Below, in pieces: positions 25,284 through 40,297 of a stretch of DNA of 64,000 bases. The position numbers and the translations under genes are program-made. Location of the stretch: contig NW_003526943.1 in assembly GCF_000181795.1 (NCBI RefSeq), forward strand, positions 9,842,849-9,906,848, read 5' to 3'. The stretch is from Trichinella spiralis. Lineage: Eukaryota. Numbering within the stretch: the stretch's first letter is position 1; every line of letters begins with the position of its first letter. Below the pieces are notes generated by a model that was not told where the DNA came from, searched no databases, and saw only the letters and a program-made list of their open reading frames with translations.

Positions 25284-26868
25284 TCATCGAATGAAGTAGC
25301 CTTCTGTAACATCCAATGGATACATCGACATCGCCGACCTGGCGTCATACCACGTCATCGAATCTTCTTCAATGTAGGCAATCAAAGTAACCGCCAGGCA
25401 TATGTTCAGCAGCTGTAATAAGTGAAATTTAAAATTGCATTAAAAAATTAGCATCAATTGATAATTATTCTAGGAACAGACAATACAACACAATTTTTGC
25501 CTTATTGAGAAAGAAAAGAAGAACAAAACAGCAAGACATTTGTGAAAATTGGTCGCCGCTTAAATGAAACCGGTCAAACCAGGCACTTCAGTGGAACTTG
25601 CTGTTTTGCCCTCAGCTTTTTGGGCAAGCAATAATCAAGTGAGAAAAAGGTAGCCATTGTCAATTATGATGCACAGGTACAATTTAATGCTCTTTTCCCC
25701 AATTTGAACAACAATATTGTGTAAAGTTAACAACAGCATGCAGATTACTAGTTTTTCCACTTCAAACTTACAGGTATAAGAGATATTCCCAAAGAAATTG
25801 AACAAAATGTGATAATATTCTCGCGAATTGCACTCAACACTTCATCCACACAGCCGCCCGTATAAATTTTCAATGCTGCTTCAGGATGCTGAAAAGGAAC
25901 AACTTCATCATTGCATGCATGCACGCACATATGCATTATGTAATTGCTAACCGTCAGATGTTGAATACCGAAACCGCAATAATAATTTTCCAAGAATCCA
26001 TCTATCACCTAAACAGACAAACCATTGATTATTAAATGCTTATAAAAATTTAAGTAATTGAGAATGGTTTTTTCTTTATTACTCTTGTTTGAGGAAGACA
26101 ACAAGAATAAGGGACACCACACCGTCTAGGATCTGCATTCGATGGGGTACAGTTGAAATACATATTCTTGCTCCAATCATGAAAACCTTTGTCAGACAAA
26201 CCGCAACATTTAAACTGAAATTACAATAATAAGGAAAAAATACGTATATATTTTTTCAGTGTACCTTTTTCTGCATGAAATCGATAATGTCTTGTAAATC
26301 AGGATCGTCGAAATAACGTTGAATCAATTTCACCGATAATTTCTCTTTAGCCAGATGTAAAAAGTGTGGCCACATAGCGAATCCAACAATGCTCAGAATC
26401 AGCAACGTACTTACTATTGCGAGCAAAGACATCCAAAACTTGAAAAGCAATGTTTTCAAATAGACAAGTAAGTAAATAATTGGATATACAAATTATTTGT
26501 TTACACATTTCAAGTAGGTCACATTTTCTCTCAGTGCACCAATACAGCCGGCTGAAGCTAGGAAAAACGCGATTAAGCCAACAATGATAAAAATAATTGT
26601 CGCGTCGAAAACAAAATCCCAAGCCGATGAGATCATTTTGGTTCCTTCGAGTTCTTTTGTCGTCAATGCCCAGCATCCAATTACAATAAGAGCAATGCTA
26701 GCAATCTGGAAATAAGAAGCAAGACACACATATATGTATAATTTTAAGTTGAACAGGTAAAACAGATATTCAGAAAAAGACAGCTTAAATATTTCTTACC
26801 CAAAACAATGTATTGAAGAAGAACAAGGAATATTTGATCAAATTCGAGAGCCCTGGACGCATTTCCAT
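25284..26868 (-). CDS. Tetraspanin, TspanC8 subgroup (TSPAN5/14/17/33, tsp-12/14-like)
   Basis: IKYSLFFFNTLFW, AGCIGALREN, YFDDPDLQDIIDFMQ, CCG...DWSKNMYFNC...RCGVPYSCC, YCGFG and IYTGGC, with four TM segments. The last exon ends GYFIR* at 25284. Confidence 0.92.
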
Positions 26869-28099
26869 AAAGATGTGCACCGGTCAAAATAAGTGAATCA
26901 TACAAGAAGAATCTGAGAGGAAAAAATAATTTTAAATCAAATCAAATGGAACATCAATCAGCGGCCTCGGATAAACTACACTGTGTTTGTATCATTTAAA
27001 TATGCAAACGTGTAAACAAGAAAATTTCTTTCGCATGTCAGAATGCAGTGATGCAATGAAAATTTATTGACAGAGCACCTATAGCCCCGCCTTCATTGTA
27101 CGCAATCGATGTCAAACTAAGACATGTGGTAAAATTTTTTACAATTTCAAGAATTCTTTAATTTAATATCTGATAACGTTTTGTCACTTACTTGACAAAT
27201 GATTGTCATAGATTGAGCTTGAAAAAGAAAAGAAAAGGAAATCTTGCAGAAGTTGGTTGAACAGCAACGACAACAGCCAATACTCGGAATGCCTAAATAA
27301 AAAAATTGAATGCTAATAAATTAAAAAATGAAAAATATCCAATGATAGATAATAATGGAAAAGTTAACAGTTGCAACTAAGCAAAGCAGCACTGACAGTT
27401 GTTGTAAAGCTCGTTGAGTCAGACACCTACTGTAAAATGTAATGCAGGTTAGTTTTGAAAAATTCAATTGACATTGACCTACTAACAGAACACATAAGCT
27501 GGTTTTTCTCTAAAAGCAAACATAAAATCTCCACTTCGACCATGATATCACCAATGTAAACGGAATGTTGATGTAAATGGAAATGCTGATTCACTCGAAT
27601 CGTGAATGTGAAAATGAATCATTCTATTTTCTAAGTTTTTTGATGATGTTGTATTTCTTTTTTTTAATTTTATTAAAATACTGTTTCGTTTCACTGACAG
27701 CTTAATACATACAAAAAAATATTACTAGGTAACTTTGGTTAGCATTCTTTGTTTCCATGAGAGAAATTTTTCTAAACAGCATCACTCTCACACCAACATC
27801 CATCTATTCAAAAGTACAAATGTACTTGATTGTATTAGCATCATGTTTTGTTAGTGAAAAAAAATCGTTGTGCACCAATATTTCTTTATTCAATAGGTTC
27901 AACAATAACAACAATTTTTAATATTATTATAAAAATTTCTAATTCACAAATTGACGCAAAATTTGTAAAGCTCATAAACAAAAAAATGTCAGCAGAAAAA
28001 TTCAAGCGATTCAGATAATCACATTGAAGGGTTGAAGCAAATGAGAAGAGATATTCTCGATTTGATGATGATCACTGGAACAACGTTTCTCGCAGAAGT

Positions 28100-31000
28100 T
28101 CAACAGCCGGCTTGTTTTCGGACATCTGAAATGAAGAAATTGTGACCAAATTACCAAAGCATATATTCAAACATCCAGACATAATATACTTGAGATTCAT
28201 TCTGCTCTTCTGCTACATTCGTCGAACACATACTTTCCACTAATCGAATGTCGTTTCCAAGCAATGCCGACGGTGTTACCTGTACAATTGAAATAAACAA
28301 ATTAACAACAATATTAAAATTATCCAAATAAAAAACAAAAATAAAACCTCTAAAATTAAATTTTTTAAATTTTTAATAAATTTCTGCGCAGTTTGTGCTT
28401 CATCATCTCCTGGTCCGTCTGCCATCGAAAGCGTCATGTGAGGAGACTGATTCAAACGAAGCAGCTGCTTTTGCACCAGTTGAACAATCAGCATTTCATT
28501 CTCTTCCAAAATTGCATCATTCGATTTCACTGCACGTGAAAAACAATGCTTTTCTTCAAAAATAAAAGCAATAAATTAGCATATTTGCTGTTGTTGTTTT
28601 TCATCTTCACAACTTACGAATATCGTCTAGAAAATCCATATTGATACCACTGTCGTCTTTCAGTGTTTTCAAATATTCAAAATCGATATTCAGAAGGTCA
28701 GTCTTAAAAGTTTGAAATTGAAAAGTTTGCAAAAATTACAACTAATTAATGCAATAAGCAGCAGCATTATATTTACCGTCGGTTCGGATTTTTCGGCGTC
28801 ATCAGCAGCAGTTTTAAACTAAAACGAAGAAGTTTCATCAATTTTTTTATTCCAAACTAAAAAATTAAAAAAAAAATTATACCACAGTTTTCAACGTCTG
28901 TCGAAACGCCCCATTACTAGTGACATCCAAAATACCAGCGGCCAAGTCAATTTCAAAATTGTCAGTAGGTCTAAAAAAATTGACAAAACATTTACAGCAC
29001 TTAATACAGATTAGAATTGATTTTTTACAATAAATAGTAAAATAATAATAATAACTTACGCATGGTCAAAGACATTCGGAATCATCATTTTGTGATAATT
29101 CTGATAAAAGAATTTACTTTCATCCACCGTCGCTGTCGCGTAGGTGGAATCGTATACTGGAGCAAATGATTGAAATGCTCCATAATAAAGAGGAGTAACT
29201 GAAAAAATATGAGAAAATGTATTTAATTCACAGAACAGTAAACTAACAGCACACTCTCTTATATATACGTATCAAATTTATCGATGCAACTTAATTGACA
29301 AGTGATATTCACAATTTTATATGTAAAAGTAGAATTATCTTACCAGGGACAAAATCTTCATGGTCTGATTTCGGTATAAACAAACCTGGACTGCCTTGGA
29401 GTAGAGGAGGTAGTAACTGCCTGAGCTGAATTACATTTCGATTTTCATTTAAACCACTTTCAGGAGATGTCAAAAGTTCTGGAGTAATAAAGTTTAAGCA
29501 TGAAGATGATGGTGCACTGTTCACATCGGAAGTTGGATGCTACAAAAAAAAATATTTTTTAAAGAAAAGCAATTCACCTTTCAATCTCAAAAACACCAAT
29601 AACAAATAACAAAATAAAATAAAAAACACTTTACAGTATAGTGGATTTTCTGTACATGATAGCATTTCTGAGATCATTACCTACTATTTATTGGATGACT
29701 ATATTTTCATCTTATTTTACAAATTAAAATATCTCTTTAAAAAGATACTTTTCCATCAGACTGAAAAACAACAAAAAAATTCCATATTAAATTAATTTCC
29801 AAAACAAAAAATAATAAAAAATTAGCATAACAAGTGATAAACAACGGATACTTCTGATTCAGCTCCAGAATGAGCCGCTTCATCGTCGGATGCACTTTCC
29901 GAACGCAAACTCTTCTCTTCATCTTCTTCAATTATGAAACGGCTTAAACAAGAAAACAAACAACTAAATTATGAAAATGGAAATTTCAAAGAATACAAAA
30001 ATCACCATCACCTGCGCTGAGCCAATCTTCGTCTGATCATAAAATGCCGCTTTTCGACAAAACCCAACTCTGCCTCAGTTATAAATTTCATGAACGGCAA
30101 AGTACGGCGTAGACGATCCACGCGTTCCTGCAAATATATGATGCACCATTTTTTGGATTTCACAAAAAAGCTTCACATTTGCTTGAATAATTTGCATAAA
30201 TAAAAAACAAATTACTTTGCTAAAAGTGTATTCGATGACGGAGGTGAGCTTTTTGGCCGCCAAACGTTCGCGGATGCTGCAGACATTTCGACGAAGCCAT
30301 TTCGTTTTCATGAACAGCAAGTCGGTTTTCATTTCAGACAAACTTTTGTAATAGTTGGATAAAATTTTCTCACGCACTGGATTAAAAATATTCAACTCGA
30401 CCAACTCGTCGTTTCCGTCACCGTCGACGACAGTTGAACCTTCATCTTTGGCAATTTTCTCGGACGGTTTGGAAAAAAATTCATCCTTATCTTTGCTGTG
30501 AGCGAAAAGAAGAAATTATAAATCAAACAACAAACAGCAACAGCAGCAACATCCGTAAAACCTTATTATATATTGCAAGCAGAACATGAGCAATCTTTGA
30601 AACGGCGTCAAAACAATCATCTGCAAATTATTATTGGTTGCGTTCTGTTCGGAAGTGATGGTTGCCTGCTCATCTTGACCACTGGTCAACATCTGGTCCG
30701 TCGGTAATTGCTTCGAAGCACCATTGTCCCCCCAACCTCTGGTCGAATCCGCATCACTGACAGCGTCGGTTTCGTGATCTTTGCTCAAAAGAAGCTCATT
30801 CTGCAAAAGTGAATACAATTAATTTTGCAAAATCCCGCTCTGAATTCGTTCCATATTTTCAACAAACAAACAAGCATACCCTGGCACGACGTTTCGCAGT
30901 GCGAGCCGGATTTGTGAACAAAAAGCGTTTCCTCTTTCGTCTCCTTTTCACGCTCACTTCGGCAGAAGCAGCTTGCACTGGTTTCTCTTCATCCTCAAAA

Positions 31001-32062
31001 TTTTATTCAAATTTAAATAAAATTGTCACTTTATTCCAATGTTGGAGCAAATGCTCTTGCACATCTGATATTTGCAAAGCCATTCAATAATAAATGCACT
31101 ACGAAACAACGAAATAAAGCTAGCACTTTCTTCGAAAACAGTTTTTACACAGCATTTCATTAAATATATACTTTCATAATTGAAACAATGTTTTTAATCT
31201 TATAAAATGCAACATCACTCATAAACTCACTATATAGTTTCCAAAAAAAATTTTTTTAATTTCCTACTAGAAGCTAAAATCATTGAAAGCAAATTCAACT
31301 TTATATAAAGTGCAGCAGCTGAAAAACCCCAAAGGAAAACTAAAAAACTAACTACCTTCTACAAATCAAGTTACCACAGAAATCAATAACCTTGATTAAT
31401 TTGCAATAAAACAAAAGTCACATTCAGATATGTGGAAGTCCAAAAATGAAATACCTCGGCTTTCTTTTCAAAATCTTCATCTTCCGATGAAAAGTTGTCT
31501 TGTGAACTACCTGGTGCTTGTCCTTTCGGAAAGCGTAGCACTAACTTCAGTCCACCATTTTCTTAAAAAATATAAGTTTCAATAATGCAATCAATCTAGA
31601 CAGAAATGCACAATTATATCAACATAGGAATTGCAAAATTAACTAACAACTCAAAACACTGATACTGTCAGCATATTAATTAAAACCACATGCATTTCAT
31701 TCTTTACATTAGTCATTTAATAAACAGTAGCAAATCATAATCACACCTTTGCAAAAGTCATCAAAGCATATCTTTCACTTAATAAAATAAAACATACCGA
31801 ATACATAATACAGTCTTTGCATTCAATCAAATAATTATATAAATAAATTTACGCAAGATAGCCATATACTTATAAAACAAAAATATTTTAATAAAAAAAT
31901 AAATTAAAATTACAATTAGTATAATAATATGTTTTAACGGAGAAACAGCTGTTATTTTGCAACAACGCTAATGGCAAAAATTGAAAGAAACATTAGTACT
32001 CAAAATTAACGATACATACCGCAATTGATTTCTGATGACTTAATTCGTGGTGCACGATTCAT
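28100..32062 (-). CDS. BRD7/BRD9: BRD7/BRD9-family bromodomain protein (swsn-9-like), multi-exon
   Basis: N-terminal GLKLVLRF motif. Bromodomain-like TPFQRLL...KDKDEFFSKP...KILSNYYKSLSEMKTDLLFM...AAKKL. DUF3512 hallmark PLYYGAFQSFAPVYDSTYAT. C-terminal LVQKQLLRL...QSPH and VTP...VRKQAGC*. An alternative donor would move the stop to about 28011. Confidence 0.85.
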
Positions 32063-33465
32063 TATAAAAATTTAAAATTACTCGGGAAACTAACAAACAC
32101 TTTTTATATTAACCATGGTATACTGTTAAAATAATGATTTGCAAGCACAATGAGAGCAAAAATGAAACTGCTAATCAAATAAAAATGTGGATTAAAAAAT
32201 TAAAATTTAAACTTTATTTTTATTAAATTTAAGTTCATTTTCAATAATTCTCTATCTGAAAATCTTTGTATTCTGCCAGTTGTTCGTAGAAATGGACTAC
32301 TAGTTTTGTGCATAACATTAGGAAAAATACAGTAATAAGGAAAAATAGGCAGTATCTGACATTTATTTAAAAATCCATTCAGCTGTCGGCGTTTGATGAG
32401 TTCTCTGCATCATATAAGAAAGTGATTTTTGGTTTTTTGGTATTAGTCCGACATTTTCTTTGTGCTATTTCGCTATCGCATTAGAAACTGATTTAAATGA
32501 AACTACATAACTGAAACTGCATAAGCACAGTTCATTAAAAGTGCATTCTACACCATCTGAAACATCATTTGCTTCGTGATTCAGTGGATTAGTTCAATAT
32601 GGTTCCTCTCTACTACGAATTATAAATCCTTTCTGGCGAAAAGTAGCAATATCTCCAGAAGCTGATACGGAATTACATTGTATATGATAGATCACGCTGA
32701 GAAGAGTGCTTATTGGCAGAAGTCCCTTTTGAGCTGCCTTGAATGCTTCATAGTTTTACGTGAAAATAAAGACCATTTGAAACTGCGTTGGTGAATGAAC
32801 TAAAACTTTTTTAAACTAAAATAAAGTGAAATTTTTATTTGCGAAGCAACATATCGCATTTAGATTAATTATTTTACAGGAAACTTCCATTTAAATCGCT
32901 TTGGGATAGATTTTACAATGTGTGATCAATACGTGATGTTTCTGTACATATAAATATATGTATACCTGGGTATAATATTAAATTATAGAGTTTGATTTGC
33001 TGATTCCAATACGCTCATACATATATGCACTGTTTTACATATTGCACGATAAAACACAGAGCAGTCAAGGTGCAGATTTTTAAAACACAAGCTCACTTTT
33101 GACACTAAGCTACAGAGAGACACTAAGAAAATACGTTTTAATTTTCTTACAGTATGTTACATTAATACGTGCTTGCATGTTTATTACTGTATTTTCAATA
33201 TCTCTATTCCTCGTTTGTTAGGAGTCATCATGAAATTATTCTATTTTTCTGGTGTTTTAACGGAACATTTTGAACATTTTTCTTATTTTAATTGTTTAAA
33301 TTAGAGTACGTGTTTCGGTACAAGTATAAGTACATATGTAACTCAGTTTGATATTTGAAAAAAAGATGGTTGTCCTAATTAATTTCTGTTGTAGTAATTT
33401 TGAAAGCAGTACAGCGGCTTATGTTAATCAATATACATGGATGAAAGTTTTCTTTTAAATAAAGG

Positions 33466-36400
33466 ATGAAACTGAATTTTAAAGTAAGTAGCTGGTGAAT
33501 TTTGTGCTCTCATTTTCACATTATTTGCTTCAGTTTTCCAATTTAATCGGAGCCATATATCGGAAAGGCGATGTTGTATTTAGCAATGATGGGGACTCTG
33601 TTTATAGTCCAGTAGGGAATAGAGTAACTATTTACAATTTGAAAAGGTAATTTTAATTACTAAAAGTATTTACTTCTTATGGAAATTATCCTCTTTAGCC
33701 ACAAATCTGACACCCTCCCCGTTGAAACTACAAGAAATGTAAATATAGTTGCTCTGAGTCCCTCTGAAGCTTATTTGTTGCTTGTTGACGAAGGTAAGCG
33801 TGAAATGTAGGAATGTGTAGGATGAATTTATTTTCGAATTTCATAGCCATTTGTAGTGTATTTGATGCATGTTTATGTCGGTTTAGACAATGAATTTATT
33901 AACAGAATGCACATCTTCAGAGTTGTATTCAAATATTTTCAGGTGGCTTTGGATTTTATGTTAGCTTGGTTAGCAAAATGGTCATTCATAGACACACATT
34001 CGGTAAGGCTTTGTCTGCTGCAAAGTTCAGTCCAGATGGCAGGTATTTATTTCATTTATACTTCTGTGCATCTGTGAGTGATGTAAATATTTCAGACATT
34101 TTGCCGTTTGTCGTGACATGGATGTTCAGGTATTTCGTTCGCCAGGAACAAATACAATGTCTTATAATCCGTTTTACGTTGAAAAGACGCATCATATTGC
34201 TCAGGATAAAATTACTTGTTTGGAATGGAGTGATGATTCAAAGTTGGTTTATTGTATGTTTTTTTCTTTTCGATTGCATATTGTTTTTCAGGTTTTTTGT
34301 TGTCGGATCGAAAGATTTGCAGACAAGAGTTTGTTCAGTCGATTATCGACTTCGTCCTGTCTTATGCAATTTGTCTGGTCATTCTCATCCAATTGTTTAC
34401 TGTGTTTTTGATAATTACAATTATGATGTAAATATATGAATTTTTCTTTTTGAGATTGCGTTGTGTGAATTGTTTTTTTGTTTAGGTTTTTACAGTTGAT
34501 AATTATGGTTTTGTTGTTTATTGGAAATGCGAACAAGATTTGAATGAAGTGGTGTTGAAGCGAGAAAAACAATTCGAGCGTAAAGCAAGCGATGTGAATG
34601 ATGAATCAAATGTGGGAAATAAGATGAAAATTTATAAAATAGTGAAAAAGTATTTTAAAAGTTTTTTTTCAAAATATTTCTGGGATGTGGGAAATGAAAT
34701 TTTTTTTGCTACATTTGATTTGTGAATGAACGTTTAGGTTCCATATTGACTCTTCATCTAAAGGAGGAGCATCAGGTGTTCGGCTAACAAGTGCTTGTTA
34801 TCATAAAAAGACGAAAATGCTAGTCACTGGCCATTCGAATGGTGTTATCATTCTTCACGAACTGCCAGAATTCTATCTGATTCATAATTTATCGTAAGAA
34901 TTTCATTAATTGAGTTATTGCTATAATTTTCAATAAGAATGAAAGAAAGAATATTAATAAATGTTATCCGCTACTGTTTGTTTTTATTTTAGCGTATCGG
35001 AATTTGCTATCGACAGCGTTAGCATTAACAATTCCGGTGATTGGATTGCTGTAGCTTCGGCGAGGTTGGGTCAAATGCTTGTCTGGGAATGGCAAAGTAA
35101 AACATACGTGATGAAGCAGCAGGGCCATTTGCACAACATGACTTGTCTAACCTATTCTCCGGACGGTTCAATAATAGCTAGCGGTGGACACGACGGAAAG
35201 GTGAATTAAAAATAGTTTAAAATCAAGTTGATATTTATCTGTGTGTGTTTAAGGTTAAATTGTGGAATGTGAACAGCGGCTTCTGTTTCAAAACTTTGGA
35301 CGAGCACAGCGGAGGCATTACTGGTATCGTTTGGACCCAAGCTGGAAAATCAGTGATCTCTTGTTCATTGGATGGAACTGTTCGGGCTTTCGACCTCAAG
35401 CGGTCAGTCAGCATTATTTATTCGCATAATTATAAAGAAATTAAATTGTTTATTTATTTATTTTAGTTATCGTAATTTTCGCACGTTTGTTGCACCAGAG
35501 CCAGTGCAGTTCAGTTGCTTGTGCGCAGATTTCGAGGGTGATATTCTTTGTGCCGCTGGACAAGATGTATTTTCAATCTACGTCTGGTCGATCAAGACGG
35601 GCCATTTGCATGATGTATATATATATATTCAATGTTTAACTTTATTTGGGTTATTGTTTTATTTAAATTAATTTTGAAGGTTATCAGTGGTCATGAGGCT
35701 CCAGTGAGCGGTTTGAGTTTTGCCAGCGGTTGCACAGCGCTTGCCAGCAGTTCTTGGGACAAAACATTGCGAATCTGGAATATACTAGACGAAAAATGCG
35801 GTCGAGAAGTGTTCAATTTACCAACTGAAGGTTGTGAGGATGATGAGGATGTTTATTAAAATTTCAAGCAGCATGTTTTATTTTATTATTCGCGTTTTCA
35901 GTGATGGATGTGAAATTCAGTCCCAATGGAAAATTGGTCGCTTGCTGCTGCACCGACTGCCAGATTGTTGTGTTCGACTGGCGCGCCGGTATTCAAATTT
36001 GCTCAATCGAGGGTCGGCTGGATTTGGAACCGCTGCGCAGCGATTCGACCGTTTTGACGGCGGAAAAGTTGGCGCCGACGAGGTTCTACACCACGTTGTG
36101 CTTTTCACCGGACGGGGAGTTCATTTTTGCTGCCGGCAAATCGCCGTTCGTTTGCATTTACCACCTGAAGCAGCAGCTAATTATGAAAAAATTCAAAATC
36201 ACTTCAAATCAGTCGATCGACTATGTTGACGTATGTTGTGATCAGTGGGAAATTTGATTATTGCCACATATGTTGATTTAGGATTATTTGGATAAGAGAA
36301 AGTTGAGCGAATTTGGCAATTTGGCACTTGTCGACATGGGTGACGATGATATGAATCCGGACAATCGAGGTAAAATTAATTTGCCTGGTTGTCGGGTTTC

Positions 36401-37282
36401 GGATCCTGGTGTACGTTCGTTCAAGCCGGAATTTTACATTTCCAAAATTGAGATGTCACCAACAGGTTGTTAGTGTTGGTTGTATGTTGTGCGTTTTTAT
36501 TGTTGTATTTTGCTTTTTAGCTCGAGCTTGGGCTGCTTGTTCTAACGAAGGCTTGCTAATCTACTCGTTGGATAATGTGGTCGACTTTGATCCGTTTCTG
36601 TTGGATGTCGATGTACTACCTGAGAAGTGCAGAGAATTGTTGGGAAAGAAAGATTTCAGCGAGGCGTTGATGATGGCGATTAAACTCAATCAATCTCAGT
36701 TAATTTCTGAATGTTTGGAAAGTACCCCACTTGAGGAAAGTAAGTTGAAAAGGGAAACATGAATAATAATTAATAATTTTTTGGTAAATTCCAATGAGAA
36801 ATTCGAGTTTCGTTTTGTTTTATCCAGTCGAGCTCATTTGCCGAGCACTGCCTTCACTTTACGCGGAGAAGTTGATGTATTTCCTTGGCAGTGGTATCTT
36901 GCAAGAGACCACGCATGTGGAATTCTACCTCAACTGGATTCGTTATCTATGCAGACACCACGCCATGGCAGTGAAATTGCAGATGAACGCTTCGCTGTCC
37001 ACTGTGACAGCACTGCAGCAAAGTATCAATTTGTTGAGAAAGAATTTGTCCAGAATGTACGTCCGAAGCGGTGACGGGGTTTTATTTAAATTTGCTTATC
37101 AAAAGAATTTTTTCTTTTCCAGATGCAGTAGTAATTGTTATACGTTGAAATATTTGTTGGATGTGCAAAATCAAAGTAAAACTGATGTAAAAGAAGAAGA
37201 AGAAAAGCAATCTGCCAACAATGAAAATATGGACATTGATGATGATGATGCCATTTTAATTGAACATGCAGATAACGGATGA
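33466..37282 (+). CDS. PWP2: Periodic tryptophan protein 2 (UTP1; WD40, SSU processome)
   Basis: MKLNFK|FSNLIGAIYRKG...SPVGNRVT, LGQMLVWEWQSKTYVMKQQGH, SLDGTVRAFDLKRYRNFRTF, GHEAPVS and the C-terminal Utp12-like HVEFYLNWI. Confidence 0.95.
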
Positions 37283-38226
37283 TCAGTGCCATAGAGTTGA
37301 AGAACAAGTGATGAAATAAAAAACAAAACTTGGCTTTTTGTTCAATATTCAGTGGTGAACAACTAATTACATGTAGTTCAGGCGCCGAAAATGATGGAAT
37401 AATTTCAATATTTTGAAATATTAACATAAAAAGCGATAAAACTATTAAGTAATAATTTAAATAGCGATGTGATCATTTTAACAGTTAAATAACATGCAGA
37501 ATTACATTAAAATATGTATAATTACTCCGTTTTCTTTACATTTATATCAAATATTTTTCTTACTTAATTTGTGATAATTTATTTGTATACTTATTTGTAT
37601 TACTTGTAAAATTTGTAAGTAGATATTTGTGTTGCACGAAAAGACAGATGAATAGCATTTTTAATCAGTAAAGAAAAGAAGAAAACTACACTGTCGGATA
37701 TACATTTAACTCTTAAAATTTATAGAATTTTTAAATGTATATATAAAGTAAATTACACTTTCGTTAAACTGAAACTGAAAAATATTCATCTCTGTCAGAA
37801 TGCATGACAGCAACATGACAACGAAAATGGGCAAACTTACATTTACGGAACTCTCTATCTGTATAAAAGAAATAAATGACCGCTGTATTGTTCTAGAATT
37901 TAAAAAATTTTTAAATTATTGCGTGGCATGATTTTCATTATTTTTATTTATACTATCACCAGCACAAGAATACTGTAATACCATGACAGTTTATTTGTAC
38001 CTTATTATACTTTAGATTATTGTAAATTATTAATTGTTTTTCGCCATGAAATTTGTAAATTTCACTGCAGACTTTGTAAATTGGTAATTCACGTATTAAA
38101 TTTATTTATATTTGGAAACGAAATATTTCATCATGATAAACTCAAAATATAAATTTGACATGTTTCCGAAATAACAGTTTCTGTAACATATTTTTAGTAT
38201 CTTTACTTTTGCGTAAAAGGTTAAAT

Positions 38227-40297
38227 ATGGCAGCTGGCCCAGTAACTGATCGAAATCAAGGTGAAATGTTTTTACGAAATTTGCATTAAAATTCATATTT
38301 GTTTTTGACATTTAGATGCTACTATATACGTGGGCGGCTTGGATGAACGAGTAAGCGAAACTATTTTATGGGAGCTTTTCGTCCAAGCTGGTCCTATTGG
38401 TAATCTTTTGAATGATTGTTTTAAATTAATTTAGTTTTACTTATTTACTAATTTTATGTGGTGCATATTTTTATTTATTTTGTGCTACAGGTGCTTTCAC
38501 ATGTAGTTTTGACTTTGAAGAATTTGTTATTTTGTCAATTTTAGTAAGCGTTCATATGCCAAAAGATAGGATTAGCAGCACTCATCAAGGTTATGGCTTC
38601 GTAGAATTTATGGGTGAAGAAGATGCTGATTATGCAATAAAAATAATGAATATGATTAAACTTTATGGTAAACCAATACGAGTAAATAAAGTAAGTTCTT
38701 AGTGGTTTTTTGAAAAGAATTTCAGTTTTATTGTTTTTTAGGCTTCTGCACACCAAAAAAATCTTGACATTGGTGCAAATGTTTTCATTGGAAACTTAGA
38801 TCCAGAGGTGGATGAAAAATTGCTTTATGATACATTCAGCGCATTTGGCGTATTATTACAAGTTCCAAAAGTAATCAGTGTTTTTGTCATTTGAATATAT
38901 AACTATTTGTAATCAAATAACTGTTTTGGTGTTGCATGTGCTTTGATAAATAAACTTCTTTTGTAAATATATGTGGTCCGTTTGGCATTATGTTGCAAAA
39001 GTGTGAACGTATACATCACTGATTTTGTTTTATTTCTTAAAAAATATTTTTAGATTATGCGTGATCCAGAAACTGGAAATTCAAAAGGTTTTGCTTTTAT
39101 TAATTTCGCAAGCTTTGAAGCTAGCGATGCAGCCATCGAAGCTATGAACGGACAGTATCTTTGCAATAGGCCTATCAGTGCATCGTATGCTTTTAAAAAG
39201 GACGCCAAAGGTGAACGTCATGGCACAGCAGCGGGTAAAATTTTTGTTTATAATTTTGTATATTGTTATTTCTTGTTTGATATTTTATTTGAACTGAAAT
39301 TGTAGAACGGCTTCTGGCAGCACAGAATCCAATATTTCCAGCCGATCGACCACATCAGTTGTTCGCCGATGCTCCTGCTATTCCCACATTTCCTCCACCG
39401 GGTAAAAAATGTTTTCTGTAAAATTAGTCTATGTGTGTAAATTTAAATGTTTGAAAAAATTCCTTTCTGTTTCATTACTTTTTTTACTGCATAATTGGGT
39501 AACTGAATGTTTAAATTGTTGTAATAAATTAAAACAGCGGTTTTCGATGATTTTTATTTACAAAAATCTTTTTGTTATAGGTATGCCGGTGTTGCCACCA
39601 AATATCACACCGATGACAATGCCTCCGCCGGTTGCTGTGGGGCCTCCTGCTTTGGGAATACGTCCACCGGCTCCACCGCTACCAGCTTTTCCAGCGCGTC
39701 CACAGGGAGGCTTCGTTGCACCACCTCCGCCTCCACCTTCAGCGGTCGGATTCAACATGACGGTTAATCCTAGTGATGGTTCACTTCCACCGATTCCACC
39801 TCCATCATCGCCAATGCTCAGTGAAGGTCTTGTTCCTCCTCCTCTTTCTAATATGCCTCCACCTCCTCCACCGCCACCATCGATACCGCATCCACTTCAA
39901 CACGGTGGCATGCCTGTGCCACCTCCGTCGAACATGCCGCGGCCACCTCTGCCTCCTCCACCTCCTGGCATAGGACGCCCGCCGATGCCTCCGATGGGAA
40001 TTCCCGTTCCTCCGGGACACCGACTTCCGACTAGACCACCAATGCCACCACCAGTTACTGCAAGGCCGATGATGCCTTCACGTCCACCTGTGCCGCCACC
40101 TGCAAGTAATTTTGCAATGCGCCCACCTCCACCACTTGGTCCAAGTGAGTTTTACTTCGGTTATTTTAATAATTAAAGTGAAATGCACACTTTTGTGTAT
40201 TGCAATAAAGTATAAACGTGAAAATTTTACAGGACCGCCGCAACGTATGGTTGGTCATCCAGGAATGATGCCTCCACCACCTCCTCCGCAATATTGA
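38227..40297 (+). CDS. SF3B4: Splicing factor 3B subunit 4 (SAP49)
   Basis: [22 protein letters not shown]...[10 protein letters not shown], two RRMs, [40 protein letters not shown] and a Pro-rich tail ending PPPPPPQY*. Confidence 0.96.

Noticed and set aside
32281..32850. Mildly GC-enriched stretch with TATAAAT (32621) and AATAAA (32765) as a third solo LTR
   Set aside because: I found no matching TG...CA ends with a TSD. It could equally be BRD7/9-PWP2 bidirectional promoter sequence.
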